A stretch of 49,638 bases of DNA from positions 1 to 49,638 of IMG/VR virus record IMGVR_UViG_3300005405_000328. One strand, written 5' to 3'. A program made the position numbers and the translations under genes. This DNA is from a virus (Duplodnaviria; Caudoviricetes). The notes beneath the pieces are model-generated. The model saw nothing but the letters and a program-made list of their open reading frames with translations, did not search any database and was not told the origin of the DNA. Positions 18,568-28,597 of the stretch are shown here, in pieces (within the stretch, counting starts at the first letter, position 1; each line of letters begins with the position of its first letter).

Positions 18568-18975
18568 TTACTTCCCCCCTCCATTTCGAATAACTCGCTT
18601 AATGCGAGATAGCAATACCGGCTCCCACTTATCATAAACTGGCCGCATATGTGGAATCTCATCTACCCGTCCTCCATTTACTTTTGCGTGACCGAATTCG
18701 AGTAGATGTACCCGACGATAGTGTTTTTTGTTCCAGATTACATATTTCCTATGACCGTGACTCCCCAATGATTTATTAGTTTTAACAAAACTCCGGGCAT
18801 ACTCACCTCTAGTCACAGAGTCCGATTGTGGAGCCTCCAGTGCTGTTTCTATCAGCACTGCAGTTGCAACATCATCAACTGTTAATTTAATACCCGCACT
18901 AACATCATCGGTATACTCTTTAACCGCCCGGGTGATCTCATTGGCCAGCTGATCAATGGAAGTTTTTTTAGCCAT
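18568..18975 (-). CDS. HK97 gp10-like neck protein
   Basis: HLLEFGHAKVNGGRV...PHMRP motif. Confidence 0.85.
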   Translation of the reverse strand: MAKKTSIDQLANEITRAVKEYTDDVSAGIKLTVDDVATAVLIETALEAPQSDSVTRGEYARSFVKTNKSLGSHGHRKYVIWNKKHYRRVHLLEFGHAKVNGGRVDEIPHMRPVYDKWEPVLLSRIKRVIRNGGGK

Positions 18976-19276
18976 CAGCCGCCACCCTTTCACAGGTTAA
19001 CCTTATTTTTTCGCTTGTTTTGCCCGGGCTGGTCCGGATGATCCGGTAAGTAATGGAATCGTGCTTTAACTTTGTTTCTTTTCGATATTCCCTTGTATAG
19101 ATTTCAAATGTTTTTTCAGGACGCAACCCGGCTGCAGCAGCATTATAAAACTCTCTGGCATATACTTTTAACTCCTCAGCAAATACCTTTCGTTCAGTAG
19201 GAACCTGCACCTGGTTGCCAATGTTGTCTGGGGTGATAGTAACGCCAATTAAATAAATTACCCTATCCTGCCTCAC
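18968..19276 (-). CDS. head closure (head-tail joining) protein
   Basis: DNIGNQ...RKVFA...EFYNAAAAGLRPE motif. Confidence 0.85.
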   Translation of the reverse strand: MRQDRVIYLIGVTITPDNIGNQVQVPTERKVFAEELKVYAREFYNAAAAGLRPEKTFEIYTREYRKETKLKHDSITYRIIRTSPGKTSEKIRLTCERVAADG

Positions 19277-19290
19277 TTACATCAATCCTT

Positions 19291-20226
19291 TTAAACGTCC
19301 AGGTAGACATCCACCTGGTGTCCGTCCAGAGCACTGGCCAGATCAATCGTATTTGATTCGATTGCTGTAGCACTCACTGTTACAGTCGGAGCGGCCTCTA
19401 ACACATTATTTAAAAATACCTTATCCACCGTATTTCTCTCCAAGAGATAAGGCAGCCCCAGTTTATCATTCCAACCAATAGACACAATGTCTTGTGCCAC
19501 TCCAGCGGTTCCATTAGTGGAAGCCCCTGCGGTAACCCCAGTAGTGTCTGTATCTACAAAGCCCATGGCTAAAGTCCCATCGTCAGCTAAGTAAGCATCA
19601 GAGGTAAGAGTTACGGTAGCCGAAGTTCCAGCCGCATTGGAAGCGGTAAAGTGCGGAGCAACATCAGCGTCGGCATTGATAGCTGCTACGATCAGAGTTG
19701 CTACCTCTATAGCCGTATCATCCTGTTCTACTTCCACGGCTATTGCCTTTGGAGCGTCCAAGACGGCTGCTGTTACGGTTACCGTAATAGTTCCAGCAGC
19801 ATCCGCCTTATGGGATATTAGCTGAGTTTCTGTCTGGAATGCAGGAACATGGGTGCGGGCTGGTAGAGTAACCTTATCAACAGTTTTGAAGGCCTTAGCC
19901 CCCTCCACAACAGCAACCCCATTAGTTGCGATTGTCTCTGTTATCTCTTCATCTGCATAATTTGTTCCGGTTAGTACCACATTTCCAGCAATACCAGCTA
20001 CGTTTCCTTTTATTCTTGCGGCTCGTGGTACAGCAGGGTCAGTAAGGTTGACGGCCAAGGTAGATCCACCCGCAGCTAGGATAATCCCAGCGTGTACTCC
20101 GGTATTGTTTGCTGCCACGGCATCTGCAGCCAGGACTTGAAAATGGGCTCTAAATGCCCTGTCAACCACTACACCCTCCACATCGGTCTGAAGTTTTTGT
20201 CCCATTTTATGATTATATGAATGCAT
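19291..20226 (-). CDS. putative virion decoration protein with inserted domain
   Basis: Ala/Thr/Val-rich; between connector and closure genes; internal segment similar to the major-tail insertion. Confidence 0.55.
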   Translation of the reverse strand: MHSYNHKMGQKLQTDVEGVVVDRAFRAHFQVLAADAVAANNTGVHAGIILAAGGSTLAVNLTDPAVPRAARIKGNVAGIAGNVVLTGTNYADEEITETIATNGVAVVEGAKAFKTVDKVTLPARTHVPAFQTETQLISHKADAAGTITVTVTAAVLDAPKAIAVEVEQDDTAIEVATLIVAAINADADVAPHFTASNAAGTSATVTLTSDAYLADDGTLAMGFVDTDTTGVTAGASTNGTAGVAQDIVSIGWNDKLGLPYLLERNTVDKVFLNNVLEAAPTVTVSATAIESNTIDLASALDGHQVDVYLDV

Positions 20227-20239
20227 CGTTTACCTCCTT

Positions 20240-20803
20240 TTAAGCTGTTGTAAAGCTTATTACTGTATATTTCATAGTCTGGCCGGCGTATGCGGCCGCA
20301 CGGTCTATAACGATCGCGTATTTTGTGGCTGCATCTAAAGGGTTGCTTGTTTCTATAGTCAGCAATTTGCCCGTAATATCCAAGGTAGCAACAATAGTAA
20401 CAGGTACCTGGGTACTATAGCTTACCAGGGCTATTGAGTAGCTCTTAATCCTGCTGTTAAAAGTCAGTACAGGTTTCACATTTACTGAAACGGCAGTTGC
20501 TCCTTCTGCTGGGCTGCTTGTTACTTTAAGCACTGAGCTTCCGATGGCCAATTGACTGAGTAAAGAATAAAAGACGGGAGAGAACTTAATCTCCCCGTCT
20601 TCTACATTCCAAAGATCAGCTACGCCCATGACGATTATGCCGACTGCCAGGTCATCAAGCATCGACGTTTCAGATACCCCAGCGCCTAACATGAAAGACT
20701 TAACAGCCAATAGCTTTTGAGTCAGGACATCATTAAAATCAGTGCCTTCCACCTGAGGGCCCAGTCCCTTTTTGCACTCAATTAAGAGTTCGGCATCCGT
20801 CAT
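20240..20803 (-). CDS. head-tail connector (gp6-like) fused to an Ig-like (Big_5-like) domain
   Basis: About 90-aa helical connector, then SSPAEGATAVSV...LTFN...L...TKY.IVI...FTT. Confidence 0.7.
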   Translation of the reverse strand: MTDAELLIECKKGLGPQVEGTDFNDVLTQKLLAVKSFMLGAGVSETSMLDDLAVGIIVMGVADLWNVEDGEIKFSPVFYSLLSQLAIGSSVLKVTSSPAEGATAVSVNVKPVLTFNSRIKSYSIALVSYSTQVPVTIVATLDITGKLLTIETSNPLDAATKYAIVIDRAAAYAGQTMKYTVISFTTA

Positions 20804-20816
20804 TTAGACCAACTCC

Positions 20817-22100
20817 TTAAGCGCCCTTCTTGACTATTACGACACCGTTCGGATCAATGAGTTTTCCATCGGCTATAAGGATAGCCTTGTCAATCCATTC
20901 GTTGGTGTCATGGTCGAAATACCTGAACATGGTCATCTGCATATTGCTATTGAAACCATAGTTTTTTAGGTTGCAATATACAGCAACAACATCCGTCACC
21001 GCGGCATCATCATATGGGGCAATTATATCATCCTCAACCAGAATTACTTCCTTGCCGCCAAAACGCTCCTGGGCTCCCTCGGTAATCCCATAGTTAATAC
21101 GTCCTATGGGCTGACCGTTGGCATCTACCATGCCGTCAATATATGCTTCAAATGTACCTGACGCCATAAGGAATGCCGCGCCTGCCTTATAAGCCAGAGG
21201 CATTTTTGCAAAGACCTTCTTCTTCCAGCCGTCCCACGCATCGAATTCAGCTGGGGTAAGAGTAACGATCTGAGCTGCTGGCACTCTTGGATCTAGGGTA
21301 ATACCCAGGGGGCCACCCGCTCCAGAGCCACTTATAACAGCTTGGTCGATAGCCTTAATCATGGCTTCAACAATCAGGTCCGTTATGGTATTCTCGAAAC
21401 CAACCAGGGTTACAGTGTCTGCCAACAAAGAGGTAGATACTTTACATTCCAGCCCATAATAAGCAAAGGTCACGCTGGTATTGGCCTGCACCTTCTTTTT
21501 ATCCGATACGGCAGCCTGGGTGATCCAAGTTGCAGTCGGTTTCAGAGAAAGAATAGGTACCGTAACACCGCCTCTAATGCTGAGCCTTCTAACCCGTGAG
21601 AATACCTGTCCATAGACGGTTATTTTACTAATTACCTCATTCAGTATAGTGGTCGGAATTACTGCAGTAACATCGGTTGTGGCCGTCATGGCATCAAGCC
21701 TTAATTCAGGAGTTACCCGCCCAGTTCTGGCAAATTCCATAAAAGCAGTTCTATATTCTACAGTTGCATATGGGTCCACCGGTTCTGCAGCCCTACTTTG
21801 TTGTTGCCCTCCGCCTATTCCATAAGTAGCCAAGATATTAAGCGGACCAACGGGCTGCTGCCCTCTCTGTTCCCCTTCTCCGGAAGCAGGAGGGGGATCC
21901 TGGTGCCCCGGTGTGCCAGGCTGATCGTCCGGAATGCCATCAATCATTGACCTCAGTTCTGCAATCTCTCCGTTAAGGGTTTCCAGTTCAGTATTAATAC
22001 TTCTCAGTTCTGCAATATCTTCTGTAGTACTGGCTCTGGTACCCAATTCAGTCTTCCTGGCTTCTTTTTTTGCCAACATAGCTAATAGTCTCTTTTTCAT
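20817..22100 (-). CDS. major capsid protein, HK97 family
   Basis: Coiled-coil delta domain, VIPTTILNEVI, GSG.G.PLGI, DANGQPI, DGKLIDPN. Confidence 0.92.
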   Translation of the reverse strand: MKKRLLAMLAKKEARKTELGTRASTTEDIAELRSINTELETLNGEIAELRSMIDGIPDDQPGTPGHQDPPPASGEGEQRGQQPVGPLNILATYGIGGGQQQSRAAEPVDPYATVEYRTAFMEFARTGRVTPELRLDAMTATTDVTAVIPTTILNEVISKITVYGQVFSRVRRLSIRGGVTVPILSLKPTATWITQAAVSDKKKVQANTSVTFAYYGLECKVSTSLLADTVTLVGFENTITDLIVEAMIKAIDQAVISGSGAGGPLGITLDPRVPAAQIVTLTPAEFDAWDGWKKKVFAKMPLAYKAGAAFLMASGTFEAYIDGMVDANGQPIGRINYGITEGAQERFGGKEVILVEDDIIAPYDDAAVTDVVAVYCNLKNYGFNSNMQMTMFRYFDHDTNEWIDKAILIADGKLIDPNGVVIVKKGA

Positions 22101-22120
22101 CTCTTATTGCCCTCCAATTT

Positions 22121-22789
22121 TTAAATTTTCATCAACACTTGTGCTCTTGTTCTCAACGTTTCCAGTTGCTGCTCGTTTTTCAGACTATCCAGTCCAGACC
22201 GGGCACTCTCCAGTGCACGTTTATCCACACTATCCAGTGTTTCGTCGCGAGCCATTATGTTAGTCTCCTCGTATTGGGGAGACCATAATGCTGATACTTC
22301 CCATATCTTTTGGAATTTGTGAATCTCCCGGGTTGGCAGATCAGTGTCCAGATTAAGCCATTTTTCCTCTTTCGCAGTAAAAGAAAAAGACATTCCGCTG
22401 ACATCCTGACTTTTTACGGATGAGTACAGCGATTTTGCCTCTGCATTATTTTCAATATCAAGTTTGGCCCGAATACTTAATCCCCGATCATCAATAATAA
22501 GCTGCATTGTGGAATTCGGATTATTTTTGCGGCTTCTGGCCAAAGGAATTGTTCTGTTGTTGTGATGAATAAAAAATGGGACATCTTTTAAATCTGCCCC
22601 ATCAAGTGCACCGCGTTTTATAATCTCCTTGAACCATCCACCCACATTTGTCTCAGCCTCGTAAGGTATTACAAAGGCTTCGATTATTGCGCGTGGTTCT
22701 TCATCCGTAGGCTCCAGTGCTCTTATCTCCTGAAGTTCAAAATATCTCTTAGGCATTTCATCCTTTTGTTCAGGTTTGACCATTGGCAT
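22121..22789 (-). CDS. HK97-family prohead protease
   Basis: FKEIIKRGA, catalytic H (FIHH) and S (GMSFSF), EVSA..PQY. Confidence 0.9.
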   Translation of the reverse strand: MPMVKPEQKDEMPKRYFELQEIRALEPTDEEPRAIIEAFVIPYEAETNVGGWFKEIIKRGALDGADLKDVPFFIHHNNRTIPLARSRKNNPNSTMQLIIDDRGLSIRAKLDIENNAEAKSLYSSVKSQDVSGMSFSFTAKEEKWLNLDTDLPTREIHKFQKIWEVSALWSPQYEETNIMARDETLDSVDKRALESARSGLDSLKNEQQLETLRTRAQVLMKI

Positions 22790-24036
22790 TATTCATTACC
22801 TCCTTGATTCGTTTCTTTTCCTCCAGCTCGCTTCATCTGGTACTCGTTGGCCAGTAAGACATCAATATAATTCAGGCTCATATTTCTGATGTCCCCACCT
22901 TCATAAGGCGGGTACCCAAATAATTGCAATAACTGGTTGTTGGTCAATGCTCCCCGGTTACCCAGGATGTCAGCTACTGCTATTCGATTTTTTGTATTGG
23001 TGAACAACAGCATCTGTGGGTAAAAAACAATCTCATTACCGAAATCAATCTGGTTCTGCGTAAATATAGCTTTTGAAAAAGCTTGTCCCAAAGCTATAAT
23101 TATGGGTTCTAGGGTCTTTTCATAAAATGCCTGGTATTGCTCATCAGTAAAATCACCGGTTAGGATGGGAACCGACACCCCATACCAATTCAGCACTTTG
23201 TTTTGAAGGAACTCCAACGTATCCTTATCAATCAGTTTGGGGTCTATATTTAACGGGGTATAATCACCCTTCAAATCCAGTGCCACTATGCTTGTATTGC
23301 CGCTGCTTATAGCCGCCTCCAGCTTGGCACGTTCCGCTGCTTGCTTGTCATCATCCATCATGGTATTGACTTTAATTATTCCGCGAAGTGACAAGCTAGT
23401 TTTAATTGCTTTCTCCAAACCCTGCAGTACCGAATCATTGATCTGCAGCACCTTGAGCAAGGCTGCATTATCAGGTTGACCGTTTAATCCCCCACCCATG
23501 ATGTCATTATTGCTGAACTTCTTACGCAAATGAATAACGTCAGAATATTTAAGCGTAAACTTATCCCCATTAGCGAAACTCATTTCAATATACAAGGTCT
23601 GGTTTGGATCTTGAAGAAAAGTAACAGTTGTAGGATTTAAGGGATAAAAGGCAGTGTATTCCTTCGAGCCATCCGGCTTTAAATAATACTCAGGATAAAT
23701 AAATGCATTACTGTTCATAAACAGCAACCAGATCGTTTTTTCAATAAAGTCCCTGGTTGTCATTAGCGGGTTCGGAGCAAACTTAAATAGCCGGTTGAAG
23801 CTGCTTGCTACGTTTACCTGCATTCCGTCACTATTGTTAGTTCTTATGTGCTTTGGCTGTAGCTTACTACATTCAGTTGCTATCACATCAATGCACATCT
23901 GGACAACGTCAGAGGCATAAATGTTATTACCAAACATAGAAAAAACGGGCGTATACCCGTTCATCATCATTGCATATTTAAGATTCTCCCGCCCGTCTTT
24001 AGAAAAGGCAAGTTTAATTAAATCCTTAAAGGCCAC
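22789..24036 (-). CDS. portal protein, HK97 family
   Basis: PNPLMTTRDF, DVIHLR motifs; position after TerL. Confidence 0.92.
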   Translation of the reverse strand: MAFKDLIKLAFSKDGRENLKYAMMMNGYTPVFSMFGNNIYASDVVQMCIDVIATECSKLQPKHIRTNNSDGMQVNVASSFNRLFKFAPNPLMTTRDFIEKTIWLLFMNSNAFIYPEYYLKPDGSKEYTAFYPLNPTTVTFLQDPNQTLYIEMSFANGDKFTLKYSDVIHLRKKFSNNDIMGGGLNGQPDNAALLKVLQINDSVLQGLEKAIKTSLSLRGIIKVNTMMDDDKQAAERAKLEAAISSGNTSIVALDLKGDYTPLNIDPKLIDKDTLEFLQNKVLNWYGVSVPILTGDFTDEQYQAFYEKTLEPIIIALGQAFSKAIFTQNQIDFGNEIVFYPQMLLFTNTKNRIAVADILGNRGALTNNQLLQLFGYPPYEGGDIRNMSLNYIDVLLANEYQMKRAGGKETNQGGNE

Positions 24037-24057
24037 TTCATCACCTCATATCTACAC

Positions 24058-25821
24058 TTAGGCTGCTTGCCTTTTAACAAGTTCAAGGAACTCGGTTCTA
24101 TTATCAATATATATCCTGTATGCGATTATCATAGTCACTGACCCATCTATTTTCTTTTCCTCTTTTCCCTGAATCTTAATTGGCATAATTTCTTCTTTAC
24201 TATTAATGTTAAAGGCCGTATTTTCAAGGCACCATTTATCTATGGGGTTATCATTATAAACAATGAGTTTACTACCCAAATCCTTTTCAACCAACTTCAT
24301 AGGTTCTGACATACTCCCCCACTCCTGTGATACTCTCTTGCACTCAAAACTATAGTCCTCTTCCATTTCTTTAACCCAATAAATTGCTGACCATTTGTCA
24401 TAACCGGTCTTGTATGTCCGTATGCCGTAATTTTTATAGAGGTCAACATACCATTTAGTAACTAACCTGAAGTCATTCTCGTTACCTGATGAAACAGTAA
24501 TTAATCCCTGCCGGATCCACTCCTTGAATTTCAGTAAATCATCCTTGTGGAGATTATCGAGTTTTGATTCAGGTATAAAATATTGCTGGTGGAAGTATTT
24601 TTTATTACTACCAGGTTTCATTAACATGATCTTTGCACTGGTTAAGTCACCTGTTTTAGAGAGATCGGCAGCGCCTATTGCATAACAGTCCCTAAATTCT
24701 TCAAGATCAAATTTTTCAATATTTATTATGTCTTCCGGCATGAGCCATGCACTTGCATTGTTTTGCTTGATATTGAAATCCTTCGCCAACACAAACGCCC
24801 GGGTTGACTTGCTAGTTTTGGCCTCCTCGATCATCTGCCTTAGGTAACTCCATTTTTTAATAGTTCCTAAGCCAGGATTACTCTTTACCCAGCTGCTCTC
24901 ATCCTGCCAGATCTCGGCTTCGGAATCTTGTGTGTAGAGCCAGATCAGCCATCGGGGACGGTCAAGTTCTCCATCCAATACCTGGCGCGCTTCTTTTAAT
25001 CGGCCATCCAGGTAGCCATCGTTAGTAAACCCCTCAGTTGTAATCTCACCGTAAATTGGTTCATCCTGGGTTGATAGCGCCTGACGTATTGGCATGATCG
25101 ATTTGTCATCTTTGAGTTCGTGACTTTCGTCAACGGATCCGACGCCGATATTTTTACCCTCTTTAGCGCCGGTCTTCGCTGATATCTTACGTATATTTCC
25201 TTTGTTTTTGTATGAGAATTTACCAGTATGCTTTGGCTTTTTAGGGTTTCCAAAGAATATACCTTTGATGTTTTTACGCGTTACCTTGGCCAGTGCCGGG
25301 CTTTGCTCACGCATCGCATCGATGGCCTGAAACATCAGATCTGCCTGCTCGTAATCATTACTAGAGCAAAGTATCTTAATTCCAAGAGGACCACAAAAAA
25401 ACTCGGCCAGGTCCATAGCCGATACAAATGGAGTTTTTCCATTTTTCCGGCCGATCACAAGTAAGTAGTCTTGGAATTTACGAACCCACCGACCAATCTC
25501 GCCATCGTATATTTTGAAAGAATAAAAAGCCTCAACAAAGGCTTTTTGAAATAGCATCAATATGAACGGTTTACCGGCAAACGGTGCCTCGGAATGCTTA
25601 CATTTCGTCTCAATAAATTTAATGCGTTTATGGGCTTCAGTGAAGTCAATCCGAATATCCGGGTCATTAAAGTGTTCAAGCAGCATGTCCAGCTGCTGCA
25701 TTAGTTCATGTCCAATAATTATTTCTCTGGACTTGCACTTGCCTATATATTCAAGCAGCCAGGAATGCTGATCAGCAGCTGGTACCCCAGGGTTATATAT
25801 TCCGTTTGCCAGATTAATCAT
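24058..25821 (-). CDS. terminase large subunit (HK97-like, cos type)
   Basis: Walker A GRKNGKT, Walker B VDESH, W.KSNPGLG, nuclease DLS...D and KIDG. Confidence 0.95.
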   Translation of the reverse strand: MINLANGIYNPGVPAADQHSWLLEYIGKCKSREIIIGHELMQQLDMLLEHFNDPDIRIDFTEAHKRIKFIETKCKHSEAPFAGKPFILMLFQKAFVEAFYSFKIYDGEIGRWVRKFQDYLLVIGRKNGKTPFVSAMDLAEFFCGPLGIKILCSSNDYEQADLMFQAIDAMREQSPALAKVTRKNIKGIFFGNPKKPKHTGKFSYKNKGNIRKISAKTGAKEGKNIGVGSVDESHELKDDKSIMPIRQALSTQDEPIYGEITTEGFTNDGYLDGRLKEARQVLDGELDRPRWLIWLYTQDSEAEIWQDESSWVKSNPGLGTIKKWSYLRQMIEEAKTSKSTRAFVLAKDFNIKQNNASAWLMPEDIINIEKFDLEEFRDCYAIGAADLSKTGDLTSAKIMLMKPGSNKKYFHQQYFIPESKLDNLHKDDLLKFKEWIRQGLITVSSGNENDFRLVTKWYVDLYKNYGIRTYKTGYDKWSAIYWVKEMEEDYSFECKRVSQEWGSMSEPMKLVEKDLGSKLIVYNDNPIDKWCLENTAFNINSKEEIMPIKIQGKEEKKIDGSVTMIIAYRIYIDNRTEFLELVKRQAA

Positions 25822-26144
25822 TCAAACTCATCCAATTCATCGTCTTCTTCAATTATGCCTTTTGATAAAATACCATTGAGTGTTTTGACTATTACGGCAT
25901 AAGAGTTGACGTTTTTAAGATATTGCCTGGCTGATTCAAATGGCTTTTGCATTTCAATATGCTGGGGGTGGATCTTTACCATACCGGTCTTCTCCAGAGA
26001 CTGTCGTAGTTCATAATTTTCAGTATATAGAAAAGCCGCATCCTGGATCAGGCCTTCGACCAACTGTTTCTTAGGCAGATCAACATCTTTGAAAATTTCG
26101 GTCAGTTTTTCCAATTCTTTTTGATATACGTCTGATTTTGCCAT
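25818..26144 (-). CDS. terminase small subunit (P27-like)
   Basis: Overlaps TerL start; helical with acidic tail; start at ATG 26144. Confidence 0.7.
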   Translation of the reverse strand: MAKSDVYQKELEKLTEIFKDVDLPKKQLVEGLIQDAAFLYTENYELRQSLEKTGMVKIHPQHIEMQKPFESARQYLKNVNSYAVIVKTLNGILSKGIIEEDDELDEFE

Positions 26145-26164
26145 TTTTCGGAAATCCTCCACCG

Positions 26165-26247
26165 ATTTTCAAATTTTTCGGTTCGTGTGAAAGAAGCCTC
26201 CCCTCACCGGTCCCTTAGAGGATGCCGGTATTTTTTGAATGGGGGGG
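26165..26247. other. candidate cos/packaging region
   Basis: Short GC-run-rich intergenic gap between HNH region and terS, the usual cos location in HNH/HK97-type phages; exact cut site not determinable. Confidence 0.4.
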
Positions 26248-26793
26248 CTATGTAGTCAAAAATACAAACGGCCCGCGCACTCCTGCGCTTAAATGCTCGG
26301 CTGCTTCTAATGCTAATCTTATTCGCCACTCTGGTTCTTTCCCCTTAGTGGCATACAGCACGCCTCTGGCTATCTGATCACCACATCCTACAGCCGTATA
26401 TCCATCCAGTAATTCCCCTACCTGATAGTCACTGTCAATAAAGAATAGCCGGCCTTCTATGCCAACTAGAAATATTCCACCCCGTTCCTCCTCGTTGATC
26501 TTTGTTGCGTACCCTCCTGCTTTTAAACAGTCTCTTACCGCTTCGATAAAATCAGTAACCATATACTGATAAATATCTTTCTTGGTACCATCAGTCTTAA
26601 AAAGGGATGGTGGTTCTAATTTAAATCGAAGTAGTTGCCCCATTCGCCATGATGAAGTAAAGCCCATTAAAAAAGGACCGTTCCGGAATACTTTCCAATC
26701 GGTCCTAAGCTGTAAATCCCATCCAGCAACTGATGCACTATCACCGCCCATGTAAACCTTATTATTATCGATCAACCCAACAATGCAAGTCAT
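26248..26793 (-). CDS. HslV/proteasome-beta-like Ntn hydrolase
   Basis: Start MTCIVG (Thr exposed after Met removal; GGAGGT SD), GGDS, KVF, YTAVGCG..IA.G.L. Confidence 0.75.
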   Translation of the reverse strand: MTCIVGLIDNNKVYMGGDSASVAGWDLQLRTDWKVFRNGPFLMGFTSSWRMGQLLRFKLEPPSLFKTDGTKKDIYQYMVTDFIEAVRDCLKAGGYATKINEEERGGIFLVGIEGRLFFIDSDYQVGELLDGYTAVGCGDQIARGVLYATKGKEPEWRIRLALEAAEHLSAGVRGPFVFLTT

Positions 26794-26804
26794 CTTATAC
26801 CTCC

Positions 26805-27488
26805 CTATGCAGTATACTCTTCGAACCACTTATGAATATAACCGGCCCACTCATCCTGCCGGTACCGCCTATCCTCATCAAGCTCCAGCCGTCTCAGGCA
26901 TTCATCCTGGCTTACATAACAGAAGATTAATTCCGCTCCCAGATCCGCAGCTAACTTCTCTCTCTTGTAACGATCCGCATAGCCGCCAATTATCCAGGCG
27001 TTATTCCACTTTCCATACCTGGTCTTTATATTATCAAGTAGTTGGTTGTGAATACCTCGCACATTAACCAGTAGATTATCCGGCTTATCGTAATAGGGTA
27101 ACATCGACACTGCCGTGTACAGCTGGTCAATATCTACTACTAGATCACCTCTACTTATTTGCTGCCGAATAAATGTTTTCTTTCCGGCTAAAGGCGGCCC
27201 ATAGACAATACATACATCCTTTGTAGGCTTATGACCAAACCGGTGATGGATCTGATTGTGACAGTCAAAACATACCAATATAACATTTTTAGGGTTAAGA
27301 CTAATGTTATAATCACATACATTTTCCGGGGTCAATTCAATTGTATGGTGACCTATTATTTCTATTGATTTAGCTATTGTCCTTCCGCATTTTTCGCACT
27401 TATTGCCACGTTCGTTTATTAATAGCAATCTGAAGTTAATCCACTCATCGGAAGCATAAAAGCTTTTTAATATAGCGTATTTAGCCAT
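26805..27488 (-). CDS. HNH endonuclease fused to a P-loop domain
   Basis: CxxC...HH...N...CxxCHN..H then VYGPPLAGKKT. Confidence 0.85.
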   Translation of the reverse strand: MAKYAILKSFYASDEWINFRLLLINERGNKCEKCGRTIAKSIEIIGHHTIELTPENVCDYNISLNPKNVILVCFDCHNQIHHRFGHKPTKDVCIVYGPPLAGKKTFIRQQISRGDLVVDIDQLYTAVSMLPYYDKPDNLLVNVRGIHNQLLDNIKTRYGKWNNAWIIGGYADRYKREKLAADLGAELIFCYVSQDECLRRLELDEDRRYRQDEWAGYIHKWFEEYTA

Positions 27489-27521
27489 AGTCTTTATTCC
27501 TTTTCCCAAGCGCTTGGAAAT

Positions 27522-28220
27522 TTAAAAGTTCTTAAGCTCATCCATTTTCTTCTGATGATCGAAACGTTCTCGTTCAATCTGTATATGCTCTTTAATCTTT
27601 TTAATCCTTTGTTTCTGCTCCTCTGTAACCATATCCCAGTTAGCATGCAGCATTTCATCATAGCGCTTTATCATATTTGTTAGCTGCCCCATAGCTACGG
27701 CTTGAGCCTTTAATGACCTCTCCTGTTTATCCCAAGCAAACTGTATTTCGTATTCTTTTTCCCAGCCATCACCTTGAGAGCTTTCAAACTCCTTTTCTCT
27801 TTTTAGTTCTTTTGTCATATCCTCTTTATCTTCCACAAACATGATCTTTTGACTGTGAATGATAGCTGCAAACTTCATACGAATATTTAAATACAGGATA
27901 TCTATAGGCGCCATTCCTTCGGTATCCTTTAAGATATCCACCGTTGCTTTAGGCAAATACTTAGAAAACAACCCATGAATATAATGGTTCATATTGTGAG
28001 TAGGAGCTCCACCGCCACTATTTCCAACTGCGTTTTGGTTTCCGTAAGGAGCGCCTACTTTACCGACTCTGTCTTTCCACCTGTCTTTCACTCTCCAGGT
28101 CTTAATATTATTAAGCTTCTCTCCTAATTGATCAGCTATTTCAGTGGAGCTTAACCGCCCACCGCTTTCTTTATATAAATTAAAAGCCTCATCCCTATTA
28201 GGACTTCTTTGTCTGCCCAC
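27522..28220 (-). CDS. terminase small subunit-like HTH protein (YqaS/XtmA-like)
   Basis: RQRSPNRDEAF, HTH, W...D.W, GAPYGNQNAVGN..GGAP..N.N...HG, EYEIQFAWDKQ. Confidence 0.8.
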   Translation of the reverse strand: MGRQRSPNRDEAFNLYKESGGRLSSTEIADQLGEKLNNIKTWRVKDRWKDRVGKVGAPYGNQNAVGNSGGGAPTHNMNHYIHGLFSKYLPKATVDILKDTEGMAPIDILYLNIRMKFAAIIHSQKIMFVEDKEDMTKELKREKEFESSQGDGWEKEYEIQFAWDKQERSLKAQAVAMGQLTNMIKRYDEMLHANWDMVTEEQKQRIKKIKEHIQIERERFDHQKKMDELKNF

Positions 28221-28474
28221 TCAACCCCCTCCCAAACAAAAAGTAAGATTTATTTTTTATCTTACTCACGGTAGTTAATTATTGAATTGATATCTAATTG
28301 GAGATTTAATTGAGTTTGTTTTTTCCAAGTTTTTATATTATTTTCAGTTAGCAGCCCTTGTTGTTCGGTAGCTGTTGTTTATTGCTCTTTCCATTTTCTG
28401 TTAAGTGTTTTTATATTAATGTAGTTCAAAGCTAGATTAATTCAGTATTTGAAGCTGTTTTTCTGGTACTTTCC

Positions 28475-28592
28475 GAATGTGCTATTTATATAGAGAATCA
28501 GACATTCAAAATAATTTGTTCCTTCCTTAATATGTCTTAATTTTTATCTCTCGAATGTTAATATGTTAAAAAATAAGACATTCAGATAAAAA
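28475..28592. repeat. two GAATGT...ACATTC inverted-repeat sites downstream of the second recombinase
   Basis: 28475-28507 (21-nt spacer) and 28553-28583 (19-nt spacer), the latter flanked by TTTTTATCT/AGATAAAAA. Confidence 0.5.
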
Positions 28593-28597
28593 ATAAC

